Below the pieces are notes generated by a model. That model was not told the DNA's origin and did not search any database. It worked only from the letters and a program-made list of their open reading frames with translations. A program made the translations under genes and the position numbers. This document shows positions 9,312-17,992 of a stretch of DNA of 64,000 nt, in pieces. The DNA is taken from sequence record SRR31156797_403; one strand, 5' to 3'. Numbering within the stretch: position 1 is the first letter of the stretch; each line of letters opens with the position of its first letter.

Positions 9312-10511
9312 ATGCCGAAATTGTCAGAAAAGGGTAAAATGATGCCCGCTTCACCCATCCGTAAACTCGTTCCCTATGCCGAAGGTGCTAAAAAAAGAGG
9401 AGTTCATGTTTATCATCTCAACATTGGCCAGCCCGATATCAAAACCCCTGAAGTTGCACTGGATGCAGTAAAGGCTTATGATGATATCCTCGTTGCCTAC
9501 AGTCATTCAGCCGGCAATGAATCTTACCGTGTTAAGCTTGCTGATTATTACAAAAAGTTTAACATTCACATCGAGCCGGATGAAATTATTGTTGGGGCGG
9601 GAGCGTCCGAAGCATTGCTTTTTACTATGCAATCCATTATGGATCCGGATGATGAAATTATTATTCCCGAACCATTTTATGCCAACTACAATGGTTTTGC
9701 AACCAATGCGGGAATCAGGGTTGTGCCCATCAATTCTACCATTGAGAGTGGATTTGCACTGCCACCGATTGCTGAATTCGAAAAAGCGATCACCCCCAAA
9801 ACAAAGGCTATCCTGGTTTGTAATCCCAATAATCCAACAGGCTATCTGTATAACGAAGAAGAATTAAAAACCCTCAGGGACATTGCTTTAAAACACGACC
9901 TTTTCCTTATTGCTGATGAAGTTTACCGGGAGTTCTGTTACGACGGACGTACACATAAATCAGTGATGCATCTCGAAGGACTGGAGCAACATACGGTACT
10001 CATCGATTCGGTTTCAAAGCGTTACAGCATGTGTGGCGTAAGGATCGGGGTCATGATCTCGAAAAACAAGGAACTGATGCAATCAGCACTCAAATTTGCC
10101 CAGGCCCGCTTAAGCCCGCCAAGTTTTGGGCAGGTGGCTGCTGAGGCCGCAATAAACACGCCAGATGCGTATTTCGTGGAAGTACTTGAGGAATATCATA
10201 AGCGCCGGAATACCGTGTATGAAGCCATCAATAAAATTGAGGGTGCTTTCTGTCCCAAACCTACAGGTGCGTTTTATGTGGTTGCCAAACTCCCGATCGA
10301 TGATTCTGATAAATTCTGCCAGTGGCTGCTCGAGAATTTTGAATATGAAAAACAAACCGTGATGTTTGCTCCGGCAACAGGATTTTATTCTACTCCGGGA
10401 CGGGGAATGAATGAAGTAAGGATTAGCTATGTGCTGAATGTTGATGATCTGAAAAACTCGATGAAGGTGCTTGATGAAGCGCTAAAGGTTTACCCGGGAA
10501 GGAAACTATAA
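9312..10511 (+). CDS. PLP-dependent class I/II aminotransferase (aspartate aminotransferase-like)
   Basis: NPNNPTG, DEVYREF, DSVSKRYSMCGVRIG (PLP Lys). Confidence 0.92.
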   Translation: MPKLSEKGKMMPASPIRKLVPYAEGAKKRGVHVYHLNIGQPDIKTPEVALDAVKAYDDILVAYSHSAGNESYRVKLADYYKKFNIHIEPDEIIVGAGASEALLFTMQSIMDPDDEIIIPEPFYANYNGFATNAGIRVVPINSTIESGFALPPIAEFEKAITPKTKAILVCNPNNPTGYLYNEEELKTLRDIALKHDLFLIADEVYREFCYDGRTHKSVMHLEGLEQHTVLIDSVSKRYSMCGVRIGVMISKNKELMQSALKFAQARLSPPSFGQVAAEAAINTPDAYFVEVLEEYHKRRNTVYEAINKIEGAFCPKPTGAFYVVAKLPIDDSDKFCQWLLENFEYEKQTVMFAPATGFYSTPGRGMNEVRISYVLNVDDLKNSMKVLDEALKVYPGRKL

Positions 10512-10518
10512 ACCTGGT

Positions 10519-11259
10519 TTAGTCGATAATAATATTTCTGCCGCCCTCTTTTTGGAGGGCTTTTTTTATCTCCATAAAGGAAGGCTCTTCTAGCACAAAT
10601 TGTGTGGTGACGGTTCCGATCTGCTCTATAAAATGTGCATCTGAATTCCTTAGAAGGACGGGACTTTTTAGATAGGGATGTATTCCCAGGAAAATATACT
10701 TTTCGATGTGCCGGTAAATTTCCAGGGCATCATAATTCAGATCATCAGGAATAAATCCCAACTGGCTGATCAGGCTCATGGCCGGACGGTTTACATGGGC
10801 AGGGATAAACAGGCCACCAAACTCATGTACCCTACTTTCAATTTCATCAATGTTTTGATCAAGAGCTGAAATCAGCAGTTTGGGCTCTTGATAAATAATG
10901 TTTTCGTCTCTATCTACCTGCACCTGGTGGCCAAACTGATCAGGGTCATTTTTTATCTCTGGTAGATGTTCATCCAAATACTTTTGAAATTCATCCAGCT
11001 TTTCGAAATCCGGTAGAAAACAAAGGCAATGGACTTCTTCTTTGGATGTTACCTCAGCACCGCACAGCACAAAAATGTTTTTTTCGGCGGCGAGCTTATG
11101 GATGAGTTTACAGTGTCTTGTAGAGTTGTGATCGGTGATGCCAAGGATATCCAGTTTTTTCTTCCGGGCAGCATTTACGATATTAACCGGACTCATGCTC
11201 AAGTCTCCGCAAGGAGACAGCACAGTGTGGATATGTAAATCTGCCCTGAATGTCCTCAT
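10519..11259 (-). CDS. PHP-domain phosphoesterase
   Basis: DLHIHT, ITDHN, EEVH, PAHV, NSDAH metal-binding motifs. Confidence 0.88.
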   Translation of the reverse strand: MRTFRADLHIHTVLSPCGDLSMSPVNIVNAARKKKLDILGITDHNSTRHCKLIHKLAAEKNIFVLCGAEVTSKEEVHCLCFLPDFEKLDEFQKYLDEHLPEIKNDPDQFGHQVQVDRDENIIYQEPKLLISALDQNIDEIESRVHEFGGLFIPAHVNRPAMSLISQLGFIPDDLNYDALEIYRHIEKYIFLGIHPYLKSPVLLRNSDAHFIEQIGTVTTQFVLEEPSFMEIKKALQKEGGRNIIID

Positions 11260-11260
11260 C

Positions 11261-11617
11261 TTAGTGCATCGATTGGATGGATTTCATTTGCAGCAAGTTG
11301 TAAACCTTCCCATTGATCTGAAAAGTCTGCATATCAGTACCCAGGATTGGGATGCCTTCTTCCTCGCTTTTCTCCATGGTGTCCTTGTCGGGTTTAAATC
11401 CTTTAACCAGAATGATGGCAGCCAGGTCTTTGAGTGAGGCAATGGCCATAATATTTTTGTGGGTTTGCAGTGTTATCCAGATGTTTCCCTGCTCGGCATG
11501 GCCCATTACATCGCTCAGCAAATCGGAGGTGTAGCCGCTGTTGATTGGATTTTTCAGGCCTTCTTTTCCGCTAAAAACCTTTAGCCCAAGTGCATTAACT
11601 ATATCATTTACGGTCAT
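11261..11617 (-). CDS. DRTGG-domain protein (HPr kinase N-terminal-like)
   Basis: GYTSDLLSDVMG...WITLQTHKNIMAIASLKDLAAIILVKG; start ATG 11617 overlaps the upstream gene end. Confidence 0.85.
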   Translation of the reverse strand: MTVNDIVNALGLKVFSGKEGLKNPINSGYTSDLLSDVMGHAEQGNIWITLQTHKNIMAIASLKDLAAIILVKGFKPDKDTMEKSEEEGIPILGTDMQTFQINGKVYNLLQMKSIQSMH

Positions 11618-12974
11618 CTTGTGGTTTGTTATTTGTGTTTTTCGATTCGAATTTATCTGCACCCCATATTTTTTTCTGAATTTTTAAAGCGGCCGAGGGA
11701 TCAAGCATACCCTTTTGTTCATAACGGCGCTGGATAAAGATACAGTTTTCCATGATGGCTCTGCCTTGCACAATATCTTCAGCCAGGGCCTGGCATCCCG
11801 GCGAACCACAAGCACCGCAATCCACTGCCGGTAGCATTTGCATGATCTGCCTGATCAGGTCCATTTTTCGCATGGCCTCGCTCATGTCCTCATCAAGTTT
11901 CATCATGGATCGCGGACTGATTTTTTTGATTTTAATCTGTTCCAGCAGATCTTGGTTGAAATCAGGTTTGGAACTTTTGATTCCGGCCTTCGTGATTTTT
12001 CTTGCCCGACTGCGCATACGCTCAGCTGTAAGGAAACGGTTTTCCACGGTAAGCACACCGCCGGCACAGCTTTCGTCACAGGCCCGGAGTTCCAGGAAAT
12101 CAAAATTTGGATTGTCTTCCTCTTCCAGTTTCTCCAAAAAGTTGATCACATTGTGAACGCCGTCTATGGCCATTCTTCGGCCAATTGCGTGATTAGATTC
12201 TCCGGTTGTAAGGCTCCAGATTACCTCATCAGCATCGGGTTCAAATAGCTCATCATCCGGGCTTTCTTCATCTGATTTATCGTCCTGGAGTTTTTGGGCG
12301 ACCTTGTTGTAGAGTTCATCCAGATTTATCACACCGGAGATGGGTGAATCGTCATCTTCAGCCGGACTTTTTATGGCAGCGATTTTTGCAGCACACTGGG
12401 TGATGTAAAAAATACCGGTTTCCTTTTCATCAATACCATTTGATTCCAGGTATTTCCTGAACCAGATCGCTGCCACATCCAGCGGTGGTTTCAATAATGC
12501 AAAGTTGTGGACCAATGCCGGAAATTTTACTTGTATGAGCCTCACGATAGCCGGGCAGAATGTGGAGATCAGTGGTTTGGATTCGGGGTCGGATTTCAGC
12601 AGTGTCAGTGCCTCATCCCGAATGATCTGCACACCATTTTCGATTTCAAAAACATGCGTAAACCCCAAACTTAATAGCGTTGTATAAATTTTCTGTATGG
12701 AATATTTTGACGGGAATTGCCCAAAGAATACGGCCGGGACCAACGCAACCCGGTACTTAAAATTATAAATCCTGTTGAAATCATCCTGCTCAATCATGAT
12801 GGCGTTCACCGGACAAATCCTGTAACATTCACCGCAATCGATGCAGCGATTGTCCATAAGTCTGGCTTTCCCGTAGCGCACCCTGATGGCGTGGGTAGGG
12901 CAGATGTTCATACATTTGGAACACCCGATGCACAGATCGTCGATAATTTTTAACGCATGATGGAAATCCTTCAT
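11604..12974 (-). CDS. Monomeric [FeFe]-hydrogenase-like protein, putative sensory type: 2x[4Fe-4S], H-domain, C-terminal FeS domain
   Basis: CIGCSKCMNICP and CIDCGECYRICP; L1 STFCPA, L2 ITQCAAK, L3 ELRACDESCAGG; C-terminal LPAVDCGACGSPGC...C. Confidence 0.85.
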   Translation of the reverse strand: MKDFHHALKIIDDLCIGCSKCMNICPTHAIRVRYGKARLMDNRCIDCGECYRICPVNAIMIEQDDFNRIYNFKYRVALVPAVFFGQFPSKYSIQKIYTTLLSLGFTHVFEIENGVQIIRDEALTLLKSDPESKPLISTFCPAIVRLIQVKFPALVHNFALLKPPLDVAAIWFRKYLESNGIDEKETGIFYITQCAAKIAAIKSPAEDDDSPISGVINLDELYNKVAQKLQDDKSDEESPDDELFEPDADEVIWSLTTGESNHAIGRRMAIDGVHNVINFLEKLEEEDNPNFDFLELRACDESCAGGVLTVENRFLTAERMRSRARKITKAGIKSSKPDFNQDLLEQIKIKKISPRSMMKLDEDMSEAMRKMDLIRQIMQMLPAVDCGACGSPGCQALAEDIVQGRAIMENCIFIQRRYEQKGMLDPSAALKIQKKIWGADKFESKNTNNKPQDDRK

Positions 12975-13058
12975 CAGTTATTGGTTAAAGGTTGATTTGT
13001 TATTCGTTAATTCACAAAATCAAAATGGTATTTAGTTATCCTGTTATTAAATTAGTTT

Positions 13059-13087
13059 GTACAGACGCCCAATTTGGGCGTCTGTAC
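13059..13087. repeat. Perfect 29-bp GC-rich palindrome, REP-like
   Basis: GTACAGACGCCCAA-T-TTGGGCGTCTGTAC with 14-bp arms and no U-tract, inside an operon. Confidence 0.65.
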
Positions 13088-13098
13088 TATACCCCTGG

Positions 13099-13521
13099 TT
13101 ATTGTATGATGTTAAAGATAATTTCTAATCGGGTTCCTTTTCCTACCTCACTTGTAACGGTTAACTTATCCGCATTCTTCTTGATGTTTGGCAGGCCCAT
13201 ACCGGCTCCAAAACCCATTTCGCGTACTTTGGCCGAGGCTGTCGAAAACCCTTCCTGCATGGCTTTTTCAATATTCGGGATGCCCGGGCCCAGGTCTTCA
13301 GCCTTGACCTTGATGCAGGTTGATTCAATGTCAAAAAGGATTTTCCCACTATCAGCGTGTGCCACAATATTAACTTCGGCCTCGTAAGTTGCTACTACCA
13401 CCCGCTTAATCAGCCCATAATCAATGTTTAGCTGTTTCAACACCTTCTTAATTTCGCTTGAGGCAGTTCCTGCTTTGCTGAAATTTCCACCTTCTATGTC
13501 AAATTCAAAATTCATCTTCAT
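13099..13521 (-). CDS. RsbT/RsbW-like anti-sigma Ser/Thr kinase (HATPase_c_2)
   Basis: YEAEVNIVAHA, EDLGPGIPNIEKAMQEGFSTA, GFGAGMGLPNI, SEVGKGT. Confidence 0.88.
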   Translation of the reverse strand: MKMNFEFDIEGGNFSKAGTASSEIKKVLKQLNIDYGLIKRVVVATYEAEVNIVAHADSGKILFDIESTCIKVKAEDLGPGIPNIEKAMQEGFSTASAKVREMGFGAGMGLPNIKKNADKLTVTSEVGKGTRLEIIFNIIQ

Positions 13522-13865
13522 TAAAAAATGGACTTAATACCTTCGCTATATAAAATGCCGCTGGTTTTAAAAACCGAAAATGCCGTTTCGATTATTGTGA
13601 TACCATTTTCGTTGGCCAGGTTTATCATTTCCTGTGATGCCTTTTTTCCCCTGGCCAATACGATGATGTTGATATCTGCCATTTCGGCGGTCCGGATGGT
13701 TTGCAGATTCGACAGGCCAGTGATCAACATTGGGCTTTGGCCTTCGATGGTTAATACATCACTCATTAGATCTGAGGCAAATGCAAATTCCGGCAGAATG
13801 ACTGTTTCCGGTGGTTTTGTAACCAGATGGCCTTTGATTTTATCTACCAGGATTTCAATGGTCAT
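13521..13865 (-). CDS. DRTGG-domain protein
   Basis: AFASDLMSDVL...LITGLSNLQTIRTAEMADI...ARGKK; 1-nt overlap with the kinase gene. Confidence 0.85.
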   Translation of the reverse strand: MTIEILVDKIKGHLVTKPPETVILPEFAFASDLMSDVLTIEGQSPMLITGLSNLQTIRTAEMADINIIVLARGKKASQEMINLANENGITIIETAFSVFKTSGILYSEGIKSIF

Positions 13866-13902
13866 ATTGAAGGTGATTTGTTAACCTGTTGTTTTGATGA
13901 TG

Positions 13903-13910
13903 CAAAATTA
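13903..13910 (-). promoter_or_regulatory. -7 promoter element of the DRTGG/kinase/hydrogenase-like operon
   Basis: TAATTTTG on the minus strand, 38 nt upstream of the ATG. Confidence 0.6.
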
Positions 13911-13913
13911 TAT

Positions 13914-13931
13914 TTGTGATTTGATTAACAA
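13914..13931. promoter_or_regulatory. Rex-like operator 1
   Basis: TTGTGAT-TTGA-TTAACAA versus Rex consensus TTGT(G/T)AA-N4-TT(C/A)ACAA; directly upstream of the -7 box. Confidence 0.6.
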
Positions 13932-14025
13932 TAGACTGTAAGGATTTATTTCACGCCGATATAGACCATGAATTGAAGTTGAAAGGAGGTTTATTGTGTT
14001 GCAAAAAAGCATGAAATACTTTCAA

Positions 14026-14043
14026 TTGTTATCAAATTAACAA
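14026..14043. promoter_or_regulatory. Rex-like operator 2
   Basis: TTGTTAT-CAAA-TTAACAA, same 7-4-7 geometry, same divergent intergenic region. Confidence 0.6.
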
Positions 14044-14126
14044 AAAACACGACCAATGAATATGGCAAAATGTTTAATATTTCTATTTTAGCAAATTGAA
14101 TTTTCACAAACCAAAAACAACATAAA

Positions 14127-15146
14127 ATGATGGATATAGATTGGAAAAATTTACCGTTTGGCTACTTCAAAACGGATTACAATGTTCGAACCTATTATCG
14201 CGACGGAAAGTGGGGCGAACTGGAGACTTCATCATCAGAATATATCAACATCCACATGGCGGCTACCGCCCTGCATTACGGCCAGGAAGCCTTTGAAGGT
14301 ATGAAAGCCTTTCGTGGTAAGGATGGGAAGATCAGGGTGTTTCGCTGGGAGGAAAACGCAAAAAGGATGCAGGCATCGGCACAAGGTGTGATGATGGCAG
14401 AGGTGCCTTCAAAACTTTTTAAGGAAGCTGTTTTTAAGGCTGTAAAACTCAATCAAAAATATGTGCCTCCCTATGGGCTTGGAGCGGCACTTTATATTCG
14501 TCCGTTGCTCTTTGGCTCAGGCCCGGAAGTTGGTGTGAAGCCCTCGAAAGAATATATGTTTATGGTTTTTGTTGGTCCTGTAGGGCCCTATTTCAAGGAA
14601 GGTTTCAACCCGGTTGACCTGCAGATTATCAGCGATTACGATCGCGCTGCACCAAACGGCACAGGACACATTAAGGTTGGTGGAAACTATGCTGCCAGCC
14701 TCCGTGCACTCGACAGAGGTAAACAGGAAGGTTTTGCCTCAGTTATTTTCCGCAGCTCCGCCGATCGCAATTTTATTGATGAGGCCGGCCCGGCTAACTT
14801 TTTTGGCATTAAAGGAAAAACTTACATTACACCAGATTCAAAATCTATCCTGCCTTCGATCACCAACATGAGTCTGCGCAAGCTTGCCGAGGATATGGGT
14901 ATGAAAATAGAACGTCGCCAGGTGGCTATCGATGAACTGGACACCTTCGACGAGGTAGGCGCCTGTGGAACTGCGGCTGTAATTTCGCCAATTAAAAAAA
15001 TCGTTGACCGCGACACCGGTAAAGTTTACAACTACTGTAAGGATGGTGTTGCCGGCCCGATAAGTAGTGAACTCTATTTCAGGTTGCGCGAAATCCAGGA
15101 AGGCATTGCAGAAGATGTATTCGGCTGGAATGAGATCGTAGAATAA
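14127..15146 (+). CDS. ilvE: Branched-chain amino acid aminotransferase
   Basis: LHYGQEAFEGMKAFR, LYIRP, KVGGNYAAS, SILPSIT, GTAAVISP. Confidence 0.95.
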   Translation: MMDIDWKNLPFGYFKTDYNVRTYYRDGKWGELETSSSEYINIHMAATALHYGQEAFEGMKAFRGKDGKIRVFRWEENAKRMQASAQGVMMAEVPSKLFKEAVFKAVKLNQKYVPPYGLGAALYIRPLLFGSGPEVGVKPSKEYMFMVFVGPVGPYFKEGFNPVDLQIISDYDRAAPNGTGHIKVGGNYAASLRALDRGKQEGFASVIFRSSADRNFIDEAGPANFFGIKGKTYITPDSKSILPSITNMSLRKLAEDMGMKIERRQVAIDELDTFDEVGACGTAAVISPIKKIVDRDTGKVYNYCKDGVAGPISSELYFRLREIQEGIAEDVFGWNEIVE

Positions 15147-15170
15147 GAATTTCAGTTTTCAAAATATCAT

Positions 15171-15200
15171 AAGGCTGCTTCAGGAGAAGCGGCCTTTTTT
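15171..15200 (+). terminator. Intrinsic terminator
   Basis: AAGGCTGCTTC-AGGA-GAAGCGGCCTT plus T-run. Confidence 0.75.
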
Positions 15201-15468
15201 GATGTTAGGTGTAAGGCGTGCAAATTCAGGTTTCTGATTTTTTAATCCCAATTCTTTAATTCCGGAATTTAAAGCTGCGGAGAGCAAAGTTTGGAGGCCA
15301 GAATGAAAAGTATTTAGTTCAGCTCCGGGTCACAAAACATAAAGAAGATTGTTTTATATCTGACGGAAATAACATTTGCTCAATTGAAATCCCCGAGCTG
15401 ATTGGTTTGCAATTCAAGATTGCGTAACTTATCATACTATCGACGATAATTTCCATAAATATCGATTT

Positions 15469-15965
15469 ATGATGAAAAAATTATGGGTTATATGTTTAGT
15501 TTTGATGTTCAGTATGAGTGTCGCTGGTCAGAAAAACAAAATTCCAAAAACCAGATTTGTTACCGGGCTTGCCGGCCCGGAACTTCTTCATGCCGGTTTA
15601 ACATACCGAATTGCTAATATTATTCAGATTGGTTTTAATGGAGGGATAGGGCCTACATATGGGCAAATATGGCCAGCAATACGTTTGGAAAATAGGCTGT
15701 ATTTTGGTGAAAATAATGAAAAGGTAAATTATAAAACGTGGTTTTGCAGGCAAGGAACAACATTTTTCCCCTCAGCCGAAAAACCATCACAATTTACATT
15801 CAATTTAACTATCGGCAAGGATATCCCATCTCGCAATAATAAGGATAGGATTAAGATAGATTTTGGCGTTTTTATCTGAATGGCAGTGAAGGCTCATCAA
15901 TTATTCTCGTTAGGCCCCTAAATCTTTGGCCGGCATTGCGGATTGAACTTTATTTTTCATTATGA
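15469..15965 (+). pseudogene. Small outer-membrane beta-strand protein, frameshifted near the 3' end
   Basis: ORF 15469-15879 has a signal peptide; one extra T in the T5 run at 15869-15873 continues it as YLNGSEGSSIILVRPLNLWPALRIELYFSL* to 15965. Confidence 0.5.
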
Positions 15966-16145
15966 TCAACAGCAACTAGAGCAAGATTAATAAACTACGG
16001 AGAGGTCATTTTGATAGTGAATTGTATATTTAAATATCATCGAAATCAATATAAATCAGATTATGAACGATTTGATGCCATGCCTGCAAAACATTAAAGC
16101 CGGATCAACTCTCCAATCCATAAAAAACCGATCATAACATAAAAT

Positions 16146-16376
16146 ATGAAGCAAGAAGAATTGGCAAAATTGGCTGATGAAGCATTGTTGCAGTAAGCAA
16201 AAAAAATGAAACCGATAAAGAATTATGATGCCGTGATCTTTGGGTTTTTGATGGGGATTGCGATTTACAGCTCAGTTACAAATGGCTTTGGTTTGTTAAC
16301 TTTTCTTCCGCTGGTCTATCTGCCAATTGCAACAAGGAATAGGGCCAAGAATGAGGCGCTTCAAAAAACTTTATGA
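16146..16376 (+). pseudogene. Small two-TM Bacteroidota membrane protein with an in-frame TAA
   Basis: MKQEELAKLADEALLQ*AKKMKPIKNYDAVIFGFLMGIAIYSSVTNGFGLLTFLPLVYLPIATRNRAKNEALQKTL*; internal stop at 16194-16196. Confidence 0.6.
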
Positions 16377-16430
16377 TATAAAATTATCCATTAACTTTGG
16401 ATGCTTTTTATTTTTAAATGAACTCCTGAA

Positions 16431-17918
16431 ATGGAAAACTGCAGAGCCATTCTAAACCAAAACGACTTTAATTTCCTCGAAAAACTCAGTGTTCCATCCT
16501 GTTTTCTCAACCCGGATTTTAGTTTGATCCATGCAAGCACAAGTTTCTTAAACCTTACCAACGTAAAGCAGGAAGAGATTGCCAATAAAAAACTGCAGGA
16601 TTTTTTTAAACCAGACAAGGAGGGCTTTCATTCACATTTTAAAAAATCCCCTGAAAATAATTTCATTGCTGAGAAACAATCGGTATTTTTGATCAAGAAA
16701 CCAAAAGGGGAGAAGCAATCCAAAGCCATACTGTTTATCCAACCGTTTAATTCGGAAAGTGAGCTTTTTTTACTTCAGGTTACCAAGATTATTCCTGTAA
16801 AAGACAGTATTCGCCCTGACGTTTCCGATCAGCACTTGTTCAGGCTTTTGCTTAATGAATTGCCCGATGCCATTTATTTCAAAGACCTGCAGGGAAAGTT
16901 TTTCCTGACAAACAGACTGCACGTTAAAAAACACGGATTAAATCATGCAGATGATTTCCACGGAAAAACGGATTTCGATTTATTTTCGGAAGAGCATGCC
17001 AGGCAGGCATTTGAAGATGAACAAAGTGTGATTCGATCCGGCAAAACAATATCCAAGGAGGAAAAAGAAACACACTTCGACGGTACCGAAACCTGGGCTT
17101 CAACTTCTAAAATGCCCTTAAAAAATGAATACAGCAAAATCGTTGGTACTTTCGGTATTTCAAAAGATATTACACAAATTAAAAATGCAGAGATTCAGCT
17201 AAGAAAAGCTGAGAAAATTCTTCAGGAAGCCAATGCATCCAAGGATAAGTTTTTTTCCATTCTGGCTCATGACCTTAAAAATCCGTTTAACAGCCTGATT
17301 GGAATGAGCGAAGTGTTGGTTGAGGAATTCAATGAATTGTCTGACGATGAAAAGTTGCAACTGCTCAGGCGACTCAATCAAACTTCAGAATCAACATATG
17401 CATTGCTCGAAAACCTCCTGGATTGGTCCAGGGTACAAACCAATTCCATTTCGATGGATATCCAGGATTTACAGCTTGAGCCGATCTTAGATGATGTACT
17501 CGATCTGAGCCATCTGCATGCATATTCTAAAAACATAAACATCACAAAATCAATTCCCGGAGCCATCTCGGTATTCGCAGATGAAAATATGCTGCGAACC
17601 ATCATGAGAAACCTGTTGAGCAATGCTATAAAATTCACACCAAATGGAGGTGAGATCCAAATAGTAGCCAGGCCAATAAAAGAAAGGGTTCAAATTTCTG
17701 TTATCGATAATGGAGTGGGGATGGATAAAGCCACAATGGAAAAGCTTTTTAAAATTTCAGAAAAGGTTAAAACCTATGGAACTGCTGATGAGTCAGGTAC
17801 GGGACTTGGCTTAATTATCATCCGTGAATTCATCCATAAAAATAACGGCGCTGTTAAAGTAGAAAGTACAGAAGGTAAAGGAAGCAAATTTACCATCGAA
17901 TTACCTGAAGCCAACTGA
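16431..17918 (+). CDS. PAS-domain sensor histidine kinase
   Basis: PAS (LPDAIYFKD...GKTDFDLF), H-box AHDLKNPF, NLLSNAIKF, DNGVG, GTGLGL; -7 box TAACTTTG at 16392-16399. Confidence 0.92.
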   Translation: MENCRAILNQNDFNFLEKLSVPSCFLNPDFSLIHASTSFLNLTNVKQEEIANKKLQDFFKPDKEGFHSHFKKSPENNFIAEKQSVFLIKKPKGEKQSKAILFIQPFNSESELFLLQVTKIIPVKDSIRPDVSDQHLFRLLLNELPDAIYFKDLQGKFFLTNRLHVKKHGLNHADDFHGKTDFDLFSEEHARQAFEDEQSVIRSGKTISKEEKETHFDGTETWASTSKMPLKNEYSKIVGTFGISKDITQIKNAEIQLRKAEKILQEANASKDKFFSILAHDLKNPFNSLIGMSEVLVEEFNELSDDEKLQLLRRLNQTSESTYALLENLLDWSRVQTNSISMDIQDLQLEPILDDVLDLSHLHAYSKNINITKSIPGAISVFADENMLRTIMRNLLSNAIKFTPNGGEIQIVARPIKERVQISVIDNGVGMDKATMEKLFKISEKVKTYGTADESGTGLGLIIIREFIHKNNGAVKVESTEGKGSKFTIELPEAN

Positions 17919-17992
17919 CAATTTCTATTTATAGCTGATCGAAGCAGGATTTAAAAGGATGATCCTGCCTTACTTTTCAAACCCTCACAACC

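Noticed and set aside
12997-13017. Third Rex-like site TTGTTAT...TTCACAA before the hydrogenase-like gene
   Set aside because: Spacer is 7 nt instead of 4
12992-13387. 131-aa + strand ORF crossing the palindrome
   Set aside because: Mostly antisense to the Ser kinase; no motif
15204-15214. GTTAGGT resembling an integron attC core before the decayed small genes
   Set aside because: No matching inverse core, no repeated sites and no integrase
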